A stretch of DNA of 64,000 nucleotides from Phoronis australis (taxonomy: Eukaryota; Animalia; Phoronida), in NCBI GenBank assembly GCA_002633005.1, contig NMRA01000798.1, positions 59,517 through 123,516 of the forward strand. Direction: 5' to 3'. The translations under genes and the position numbers were made by a program. Below are positions 53,253 through 64,000 of this stretch, piece by piece (position 1 is the stretch's first letter; the number at the start of each line of letters is the position of its first letter). Under the pieces are notes generated by a model. It did not search any database. It had not been told where the DNA came from and saw only the letters and a list, made by a program, of their open reading frames with translations.

Positions 53253-55248
53253 TGCGGACGCTATGGTAGTTCTACACACACACAATGATTGACAGTACAC
53301 AGTAGTAGTAGTAGATATTGACAGGTTCACGAACGAGCTAGTCTATGGATTTGACGATCAGTGACACGGACAGTAATGACACAAATTCGACTTGACTGAT
53401 GTGATGACTTGACTTTAAGACTTGACAAGGAAACAGGAGTCGATCCCACCTTTCCAGTTATCACTTTTGTGCCGACTGACATGCAGAGAATGCTCAATTG
53501 ACGATATGACAGCTGTGTACGTAGACAATGTGGTCACAAACAAGCGATGATTTCATCGACAAAATCTACCTTTTCATTCGACCATACACCTTCAAACTAT
53601 AGTCCTAACTGTTCGCTGAGGCTTTATCTTTCGTTTTCAGTGATTTTCATTTAGTATTTCGAGGCATCCCACTCATGACATCATGTTTTAAATTTACCAA
53701 ATGAATTCTGACAAAACCTCGTTTTTACATGAAACCGGAAGTACAGTATTTATTTGCTGACGTCAATACAAAATGGCGACTGCCATTGGCTATTAAGATC
53801 AAAAATACGAAAACTAAAATATATTAATAACAATAACCTTCTTGTAGACTTTTAGGTACTTGGCCATTCCTGGAACCACTGGATTTTGGCTGACTAATAT
53901 ACCAGTACCTTACGGAACATGACGTCGCAAGCAGTGACGGTTTACCAAAAGTGCTACCGGACCCGACTGACACGAATGACACGAAACCCAAAAGTGTGGT
54001 GCACTTTATTTGTTATCGGATTCGACTACAAGGGCGTAATCCAATAAGCCATCAAAATATGACCGACACTTGTTTGATTTAGAAAAGCAAAGTGTAAGAT
54101 CTACTTGATAATCATTCAAGCATCTGTTTTTATTCATTATATACTGTTTCATACCTGGTTTCAGGGCATGGTGTCTCAAAAACTGGAAACTTTAACAAAA
54201 ACAAATGCTCATTTCCAGTAATGATATCATTAACATAGTCGAATTCTATTTTACGAAAATATTTCAGAAGCAATCAAAGAAACACTGTTGATGTCCTAAA
54301 ATATGATCATTTCATTTTAGTTTTTTGAACGTATTTAAATCATAGGATTTAAAATTTTTCCTCAATCTGAACACCTATTCCTGAGATACTAAGCTTGTAA
54401 ATTAGAGTAATTCAGACGGTTATTTTTCTAGTATAACACAGGATCTAAACAAGGAGGACCCCATCCTTGCCACCACTTTCACTGAACCAAGGATGTCGCT
54501 GAACCACCAACAAAAATGACACCAGAGTCGGAAAGGCAGAAAATCAAGGAAGTTGCCTCATTCATGAGGACGCTGACCATGAGATGCTGTCTCACCCCAT
54601 ACATGAAGGACGATAGGGGGGTGTAACTTTCGTTATTGATAACATATTGGTCTGGCTGACACTTTCAATTAAAATTCTCTACTTGTGACAACTGTGTGGT
54701 GTCAAGATCATTGTAATAGATTTTAAGATTTGACTGTATTTCAGTTGTACTCTGTGTTTCCAAGAATTAGAGTTTGGGTCGTGCTGACGCACATGTTCTT
54801 CAACTGGATAGATCTCTCTATCGATCAAATCTATCACCACTCGTTTGTACAAGACGTTTGTTACTTGTGTTGCTAGTACATTCGCTTTTCTAATGCTCTT
54901 TCTAATCCTGACAAACATTTGCAGTAACATACTGACACAAGTACTATCATACTGAGAAAAAAATGAATGAATCCCACTGACGTTCATTGTCACAAAATAC
55001 ATGCTGAATGGTATTATTTGATTTCCTCTGCGGATGCCATAACCAGATTTAGCTGAGCAGAGGTTCCCGTGGGGACATTGATTATAAATTTTATTAACGC
55101 ATGTTCTTGTCTATCCACTCGCCACACCCACGCAACAACGTTACGCTGTCGTCCAAGGAAAACCAAAAGGGAACCAGAAGGATGGAAGACGAAAATTAAC
55201 AACCGAAGACTGAAATTAAGAATGTAATCCAATTTTGCTTGTGAGTCA

Positions 55249-55347
55249 CAGTGCATTAGTATAAGTAAGGTCGAGCTCGACACAGTGCATTAGTATAAGT
55301 AAGGTCGAGCTCGACATAGTGCATTAGTATAAGTAAGGTCGAGCTCA
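55249..55347. repeat. 34 bp tandem triplication
   Basis: AGTGCATTAGTATAAGTAAGGTCGAGCTC three times. Confidence 0.95.
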
Positions 55348-56835
55348 ATTCACCGGAAGTTGACAAGTCTGAAGGCAAATAATGCAACAGATGAAAGTGT
55401 TCTTAAAAGGCCCTATCAGGCCGAAGGTTCACAATTCCGACCAAAAGAAAAGCTATTCGAATCCATGAATACCGTGATTTCATGCCTTCTGTCCATACTG
55501 TTTCTCACTTGTAGTTTTCAATTCAGATCATGTAGGTTTTTCGCTTCCGAGGTGTTGACTTCGTTTGACCAATATAATAGCATTAACATGCGGGATCTGA
55601 CTTTGCGAACAGTGACAGTTTACAAAGGGCGCTGCATTACCACACGAATGATATCAAATTCAAAAATATAATTCTGATCAGCTGTAAACCCCTGAAGGTT
55701 ACATCTTTCGACTGCTTGCGTTTTCGTTGAGCCTTTAAAGCTTGACCGAACACTTGTTTGATTTAGAAAAAATATGTGAAAATCTTCTCGCCAGTCATTC
55801 AGGCATCTGCCTTTTTCATGTACACTGTTTCACACTTGGTTTGAGCATAAAGACTCTCAACAACCGTAAAGTTTAGTAAACAACAAAGGCACCGTATCAA
55901 TAACAAGATATAATTTAATTTGATGAAAGTGTTCTTGAAGTGATCCCCGAAACTCTGTTAGTATTTCAAAAGATGATCATGTGATTTTTGTTTTGTGAAC
56001 GGTGTTTAAGTCAAGGCATTTGAAAGTTTTACTTAAATCTAAACAGTTCTCTCTGAGATATGACTTTCAAAACTTAAAGAATTTTATACGTTTCTCTAGG
56101 ATCATACAGGATCTGAACATGCACAACCCTGACCTCGACACCACCGGCAGTGAATCAAAGATATGCTGTCTTACCCGTTACATGAAGTACTATAAAGGTG
56201 TTTCCCTTTCGTTATTGGTAACATTTTGGCTTTGCCGACACTTGCACTTACAGTTTTCCACCTGCAAGAAAATAATGTGGTGTCCATGTCGTTGTAATAG
56301 AGTTTTAAGTGTTTGCTGTATTTTATTTGTACTCTGGGTTCTCCTATTGAATTACTATTTGGGTCATGATGACGTATATTTCGATGGATATTTCTGCCCA
56401 TCTGTTAAATGTATTATCATTCCCAGGACTAGAAATTATTTGCTTTTGTTTCATTTCTTGCTGATGGTTTCGCGTTGAAACTAACAATCTTTCTACTCCT
56501 GACTAGCACTTGCGCTATCTTACTAACACAACCCTTAACATACCAAGGTAGACAGCTCAAATGAACCCAAATGACGTTCAAGATCTCAAAATGCATGGTG
56601 AATTGTGTTGTTTGGTATTCTTTGCAGATGCCAAAATCAAACTAGATGGAGCTTAGCAGTGGTTCCCGTGACCGATTTCTGCCGGAGTAGGGACAAATAT
56701 ATTCCCATTAGCATCCGAGTTCAAAATATGTAATTTTGCTGATTGTTTGTAAATTATAACCATACACGTTTTTGTCTATTTACACACCATACCCAGTCCC
56801 CAACAATTAATAACCAAAATTGAAGAAGTCTTTAA

Positions 56836-57229
56836 AGCCTATCTTAAACGGGAACACCTAAAAATGTAGTTAAGAGCATCGCTCTGTGTCTACTAGTGCC
56901 ATAAATTGCCCAACGTAACGAACTCTTTGGAGTATTGGCTTGCTTTTGTCTACATCACCGCGAGAATCGGCTTTTAATTCAAACAGCTGCGAATAACACC
57001 TGTTCTATTCAGACCCCTATTCAATAAAACTGTTATAGGCCTGCTGTTACATATTTGTGCTGGGATCTTGCGGTGACGCAACATAGCACGAAAAGGCAGT
57101 TTCATTTGTCATTTGACGGGCTTAAATTTGCGCGATTGAATACTCGTTTTCTTATTTTACTAGTTTTGCTATGACTATCTGGTTAGTCCAATACATCTAA
57201 AGTAACAAAATTCAGTTGAAGTTAGGCCT
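56836..57229. mobile_element. PIF/Harbinger-like MITE inserted in an array unit
   Basis: Imperfect TIRs AGCCTATCTTAAAC / GTTGAAGTTAGGCCT with TAA/TGA flanks. The flanks rejoin to the unit consensus TTTAAGGTGAAAATTATGAAGG. Confidence 0.5.
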
Positions 57230-60200
57230 TGAGGTGAAAATTATGAAGGTAAACTAACGTTGCTTAAGTTTCATAATACACTATTATGAATGGGATACAG
57301 CTCTATAGTTTGAAGGTTCTCAAGTCTTAACACCCATAATATGGCAAGGAAAATAAATGTTTTTAAACTGAACCTATCAGGCCGAAGGTTCACAAATCCA
57401 TCATAGAGGACAGTTAGGTAGTTCGAATCTATTTTGCAGATCTATGAGACCAGAAAGCAGCGATTCAAAGTCAACAAAAGCGGAGCAACAAGATTGTAGT
57501 GGGGGTAAAACAAAAAATCAAACTATTAATAAAAGCGACAGTTCAGTACACATTGAGGAACTTTGCTTGGATTATTTCCAGAGGCACCGGTTCTTGCAGG
57601 AGCTGGTTTCAAGCAGGCACTTGCTAAAACACTTGAACATGTTGCTTGAAATCACTCTTCAGAACCTCGTGTCATGAAAGTTCAACTTTTTAACTTTTGA
57701 ACTAATGGACTTAAGCACTTGTGTTTACCTTAGACGATATGGATTTGCAAACATTCGGAACGATGAACACCGTGATTTTGTACATTAGCATGTGGGTTCT
57801 GACGTTGCGAGCAGTGATAGTGTACCAAGGGTGCCGCAGTACCAATTACGCAAATGACATTGTCTATAAAGTTACATGTTTCGGCACAATGCGTGTTCTT
57901 TGGTCCATCAAAACCTCACAGAACACCTGCTTGCTTTGGAAAAGTGACGTGAAAAATCTTCTTGCCAGTCATTTAGGCATCTGTCTTTTTCATGTACACT
58001 GTTTCACACTGGGTTTCGGTGTAGTCTCTCAAAAACTGTGAAATTTAGCAAAAACCAAATCAACATTGGTAAAACAACGGAATCAATTACAAGATAAAAA
58101 TTAATTTGATAAAGTTTTCCTCAAGAAATGTCTGAAACCCTGCTAATAATCTAAATCATTGTAATCTAATTTTCGTTTTGTGAACTGGGTTGAGATAATG
58201 GCATTTGAAAGTTTTACTTAAATCTGACCAACTCTTTCTGAGAAACAAACTTGAAAATTAAGAGAAATGTATTGTTAAATTTTCCAGGGTCATACACTAC
58301 CTGAACAAGCACTATCCTGACTTCACCATCACTGGCAGTAACCCAAAGACGTAGCCGAACAAAGAACACAAAATAGAACAATGGTCAAAAAGTAAAAAAA
58401 AATCACGGAAATTACCTATTCGGTGAGGGTGTGCGCCAAGAGATACTGAATTACCACTTACATCGCGGGCGATAAAAGTGTATACGTTTGTTATTGATAA
58501 CATGTTGATCTGTTTTAACACTTCCACATACAGTACTCCACCGTTCGACCACAGTGTGATGGCTAGGTCGGATTTTTAAGTGTTGGTTGTATTTTATTTG
58601 TACCCTGAGTTCTTCTCATGTATTAATAATTGAGTCGTGATGACGCACATCTATTACAATGCATAGATCTACCCAATTATCAAGTGTATCACCATTTTCT
58701 AGGACTCGGTCTTTGTTACTTTTGATACATTTCTTGCTGGTGCGTTTGTGTGTTTCTCAAGAAATTTCTGAAATCCTGCTAATAATCTAAATCATGATTA
58801 TTTGTTTTTCGTTTAGTGAACGATGTCGAAATCATAGCATTTGAAAATTTTATTTCAATCTGAACTGCTCTTTCTTTGATATCAACTTGAAAACATATAG
58901 AACTGTATATATTTTCCAGGGTTACACAGTACCTGAACAAGCACTATCCCGACGTTGCCACCACTGACAGTGTCCCAAAGATGTAGCCGGACCACGAACA
59001 CAAAATAGAACCTTGGTCGGAAAGTAAAAAAAAACATGGAAATTACCTATTCGGTGAGGGTGTGCACCAAAAGATGCTGTCGGACCACTTAAATGTACGT
59101 CAAGGGCGATAAAAGTTTTTACCTTTGTTATTGATAACATGTTGGTCTGGTTAATATTTGCAGACACAGTATTCCACCTGCGACTACACTGTGAGGCCCA
59201 GGTCGATGTAATATTTTTTAAGTGCTGGCTGTATTTTGTTTGTATCCTGAGTTCTTCTCATGTATTAATATTTGAGTCGTGATGACACACATTTATTCCA
59301 ATGCATAGATCTACCCAATTATCAAGTGTATCACAATTTTCTAGGACTCGGTCTTTGTTACTTTTGATACATTTCTTGCTGGTGTGTTTGCGTTGAGGCT
59401 AACGCTATTTCTAATTACAACTAACACTTTCACTAACATACTAACACAATTAAGCCCCAACATACCAAGAACGACAGCACAAATAAACGCAAATGACATC
59501 CAAGGTTTCGGAATACAGGCTAAATTGTGTTATTTGAATTCCTCTTCAGATGCCACCACCAGATGGAGCTGAGCAAGGGTTACCGTGATAGATTTCTGCC
59601 GACGTAGAGACAGGAATTTTTCAGTTTTCATCCGAGTAGCAAATTGAAACAGGAAATTTTAGCGAGTGTCTTTAAATTATACTAGTACACGTTTTTGTCT
59701 ATTTACACGCCATCACCATTCCTCAACGATATGTTGCGACCCATGGATAACCAAAACAGAAGAAGAAAGCGTTAAGACGAAAATAACGAAGGTAATCTAA
59801 TGTTGCTTGCGTTTCGTAATGTATTAGTGTGAATAGGGTACTGGTCGACATTTTGAAGGTTCCTAAGTCCTAATGCCCTTAATACGACCAATGAAAATGT
59901 TCTTAAAATAGCCGTATCCGGCGGAAGATTCAAAAATCCGTCAGAGAGGAGAGCTTGTTAGTTCGAAAATAATTCGAAGATGTATGAGACCAGAAACCAG
60001 TGATTCAAAGCCCAAGACCATCGGGGCATAAAAGTTTACAGTTGGTAAACCAAAATTTGAAAATAGAAACAAAAGCGACTTGCGAACCTTCAGACCCATG
60101 AATACTGTGATTTTGTACATTCTGCCCACATTCTTTCTCACTTTGAGTTTTCAATTCAGATCATCTGTTAAGCTAATTTTGGTTGCGTTTCATACTACAT

Positions 60201-61286
60201 TAGTTTGAATAAGGTAGAGGTCGACAAAGAAGGTTTTCATGTCTTAACGCCCAAATAATGACAATTGAAAATGTTTTGATAAAGGCCCTATTGGGTCGAA
60301 GGTTCACACATCCGTCAAAAAGGAGTGCTAGTTAGTTCGAAACTAGTTCGAAGGTCTATGACACCAGAAAGCAGTGATTCAAAGTCAACAATAGAGGAGC
60401 TGCAAATTTATGGTGGCGGTAAACCAAAATTTGAAAATGTAACAATAAGCGGCAGCTTGGTACACATTGCCGAATTTTGTTTTGATCCTTTCTAGAGGTA
60501 ATGGCGCTTCCATGAAGTCGTTTCAGACAGGCAGCATCTGCATAAAATTCCCCGAATTTTTTGCTCAAAATCACTGTTCAGAACGCCGTGTGGTTAAACT
60601 TCTAACACTTTACTTTCGAACGGGTGGTCTATGGGATTTCAAGTGAGATCATATGGCTTCATTGCATCCATGAGGGTTTACTTTGTTTAAACCTTATTGT
60701 AGATACTTTGGATGACTACTATACAATAAACATGCTGGATCTGACGTCATGAGCAATGACCTTGTACCAAATATGCCGCAGGACTACTAACACGAATAAC
60801 ACCAGGGCCAAAAGGTCTGGTGCCTTTCAGCTATACGTCCTGTAAGTTATATGTTTTGACTGTTAGGTGTTCTATGAGCCATTAAAAGTTTACCGAACAC
60901 GTTTTTGTTTTGGAAAAAGGAGTGAAAAATCATTCAGATATCTGACTTTATTCATGTACACGGTTTCACATCTGGTTTCAGGACACAGTCTCCAAAACCG
61001 TGAAGCGGATGACTGGGAGTTGAGTAATTGGGGGATTTCTCAATCAGTTCATGTGATCTGTGTTATATTGTTTCTCGGAGGTTAATAATTAATTTCATTT
61101 AGTATTGATTGCTTGATTTCAGTGACTTTGCCATTTGTCAAACCATTGGACTTTATCATTAGCATAGGGACCACGGCGTCACAATCAAGTGCACCGAATT
61201 TCCTGCAGTACCTCTAACACGATTGACAACAGAGTTGAAAGATATATTGCCGTTCAGCTGCAAACTTTCCTGAATGTCGAATGTCA

Positions 61287-62602
61287 TTTTTATGCGCCCA
61301 CATATTTATATGTGGATGCATTATGCCGTCATCTCCGTCCGTCCGTCCGTCCGTCCCGTCCGTCCGTCCGTCCGGGCGGCGTCCGTCCGGCGTCCGGCGT
61401 CAGCTACTTTATCTCCAAAACCATTTGACACACGTTCATGAAATTTGGTACATGTGTTCCATTCATGAATGGGACGGCATGTGCGAACTTTCGGACGGAT
61501 CCGACTACCGGTGTGCCCCCTAGTGGCAATTTCAGTTTTTTACGCATACCTTTGTATCTTAAAAAGTCCTGAACGGATTTTCATGAAATTTGGTGTGTAG
61601 GCACCTATTAGTAAGATGACGCTATCCTCCCGTTTTCAGATGGATTCGACATAGTTTGCGCCACCTAGTGGCCATTTTTAGTGTTTTCGAGTCTGTTTTT
61701 GTACGTCCACCCCTCTATCAACTAAACCGCTCAAAGGATGATTGTGAAAATTGGCATGTATATGCTTACTATGTAGAGGACGGTTGACGATGATTTTCCG
61801 ACGATTTCGACTACTGTGGCGCCTCCTAGTGGCAGTTTTGTTTTTTTGCGCCTATGGCTGTATCTTCTAAACTGTTCGCAGGATCTTTACGAAATTGTGT
61901 AAGTATATTTATATGATGTTAACAACGGGAGATGACGACTTTTGGACGGATCCGACTACTGGTGTGCCCCCTAGTGGCAATTTTAGTTTTTACGCTTACC
62001 TTTGTATCTTCAAAAGTCCTGAACGGATTTTCATGAAATTTGGTATGTAGGCACCTATTAGTGCGATGACGCTATCCTCCCGTTTTCGGATGGATTCGAC
62101 CTAGTTTGCGATACCCAGTGGCCATTTTTACTGTTTTTGANNNNNNNNNNNNNNNNNNNNNNNNNNNNNNNNNNNNNNNNNNNNNNNNNNNNNNNNNNNN
62201 GGCAATTTTAGTATTTTACATTGACCTCTGTATTTTCATAGGTCTTCAGGTGTATACTTTGTGTTACTTCGTGACTATGAAGGAAAAGTTCCAAGTAGAA
62301 ATTTGTTTCTGGCATTCTAATGCTGTGCTAATCTCTTATGTTGGTAAATTTGTTTTTAATTCTATGTTTCTGTGGTGCTTTAAGCAACTGATGTATAGGA
62401 TGTGCTTGTATTATGAAGATCACTCACATTTTGCCCCTAGTCTATTGAGGAGACAATGACCATGCCTTTCCATTTTGCAAAGTACAACATACTACATATA
62501 TGCCCTCTACTGGCTGCTTTATGGTACCAATAAACAACCCTAGAAGGATACCGTATACGGTGCAATTGTGGGCGCATTTCAACGCTCTGCGTTGCTCTTG
62601 TA
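61287..62602 (+). mobile_element. HINE-type element with (CCGT)n tract and ~450 bp cores, interrupted by an N gap at 62141-62200
   Basis: 5' hairpin; (CCGT)n at ~61335-61395; core motif repeated at 61514 and 61965; 3' end TGTGGGCGCATTTCAACGCTCTGCGTTGCTCTTGT. Confidence 0.75.
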
Positions 62603-64000
62603 ATAAGTAGAGTTGGAGATTTCTTCCTTAAATTTGATGGACCTGGGTTTTCGGGGCTACCATCACCCTTGATATTTTTAAAATACATCGAAGCGAACTA
62701 CGAACTTTTATTCGAATACTGTCCATCAATTGTGAAAAAGCCTGTTTCTGTCAACATTCTTCAAAAATTTAAATGACCTAAGTCCAGATGGTATACTATC
62801 AGGCAACCATTTCAATGTGGACATGGGTGGACTTAGCTCACTTTTGAATGATTATATAATTGTCTGTGTAGTATCTCCTGAGTATGCAAATGACTTTATG
62901 TATGCCGTTGATCTTGTTCTGTCCTCACCCTCACTTGATGGTCTTTTTGAACTTGTTGCAGTATGTGGACATTATGGTAAACCACATGAACTTGAATATT
63001 ACTATCAAGGGAGGGGTATGTGTTTTAAAAGTAAATTGTTAGGAAGCTATGTATTACACAACTTCTATAAGTATGATGAACCTTTAAAGGTTGTACACGA
63101 GATTGATTATTTAATGATATAATAATTATTTTCATTATGGATAATTATGCCATCTCACGCGAACGAAGAAAATTATATGGTGACGCCTACTCTGTAACTA
63201 AGTATGTTTAGTCTCCCTGTAAGACATTTGCGTATCTCTTTCTGTTATCCAATGCATAGCCCTCACCAGTTTTTGGAATTTCAACATGTTTAATATCTCA
63301 TACCTTTATGTGTTCAAGTGTTTCATAGGTTTTTCTAAATTTGAAAGTACTAGTGCTGTATGTACTTTTTGATGCTCAGCTTTGTAAATTGAGTCTACGA
63401 AACTGTATATACCAATTTTGATGTCATCTTTATTAGATTTCTAATGACATTGCGAATGGTATGAATGAATCCGATTTTCTTCTATAATCAATACATTTTG
63501 GAATAAGTCGCTGTGTCTATGTAACTTATAGTCGTGCTGTTCGTATTAGAGTTATACTTTAAAATATCAATATGTTATTTTAAGTATTAGATTTATATGG
63601 AGGAATTTTTATGCTGTACTGTTACGTGTATTCAAAATATTTCAGCAATAAAGTTAATCAGTCACTTCATATTCATATCTTTGTATCGAGTATCAACGAA
63701 GCAGTTGCTCGGGCACATGTTGGAATGTAGCGTATATGTGGTTGATTTGAGGTTCTGGGTTCAAGACGAGGTCATTGCCGTGGCAGTCTTCACCTGCGGT
63801 ATGATTACTAAACACCAATCGGGCGAAGAATATTCCATTGAATGACATAAATAACCAAAAGCGCGATTGCATACACATGGAGTGACATCGTGCAAGAGGG
63901 TAAAACGCAAATACTCTATTTATTACCTAAAAAGAGAATAGATAAGGGAACGGATATTGACCAATCACTCGCAATGTGGATGGCAACGGCAACGGCAACG

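Larger units (their letters stand above)
48999..53837 (-). mobile_element. Decayed full-length Ty3/Gypsy LTR retrotransposon (probably Mag-like)
   Basis: Two homologous ~155-165 bp LTRs (48999-49163 and 53684-~53837). tRNA-Leu-like PBS TGATGTCATGAGTGGGAT at 53683-53666. PPT GAAGGAGGGAGA at 49175-49164. Domain order gag-PR-RT-RNaseH-IN. Confidence 0.95.
38200..61286 (+). repeat. Degenerate tandem array of ~1.7-3 kb units (about 7-8 partial copies)
   Basis: Marker blocks recur in the same order. CAGGATCTGAACAAGCA at ~43631, 45155, 48125, 54438, 56107, 58294, 58925. CCCTATCAGGCCGAAGGTTCACAAATC at ~39738, 45765, 46684, 48511, 55411, 57372, 60285. CATGTACACTGTTTCACAC at ~40493, 41668, 47819, 55817, 57991, 60953. 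Confidence 0.9.

Noticed and set aside
55249-55347. 34 bp repeats of CRISPR-like length
   Set aside because: The copies are head-to-tail with no unique spacers and no cas genes, in a eukaryotic context.

Overview
Animal (invertebrate-type, AT-rich, draft scaffold with N gaps) genomic DNA; the species cannot be determined from sequence alone. The left half has two convergent spliced genes: the last 7 coding exons of phenylalanine hydroxylase (PAH, + strand, 2355-9954) and a complete exostosin-2 CDS (EXT2, - strand, 11 coding exons, 32913-15293, 697 aa), with a candidate bidirectional promoter near 35.0-35.9 kb. About 38.2-61.3 kb is an old, degenerate tandem array of 1.7-3 kb units, each with exon-like cassettes. 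It was later invaded by a decayed Ty3/Gypsy LTR retrotransposon (48999-53837), an internally deleted Kolobok element (41945-43607) and several MITEs. A Helentron-like (HINE-type) repeat carrying arrays of CTCF-consensus motifs recurs across the window. Two hammerhead-ribozyme-like motifs lie on the sense strand of EXT2 introns, and a frameshifted orphan ORF lies near 62.6-63.1 kb. Exon boundaries were read by eye. Comparisons with human genes are from memory and need alignment to confirm.
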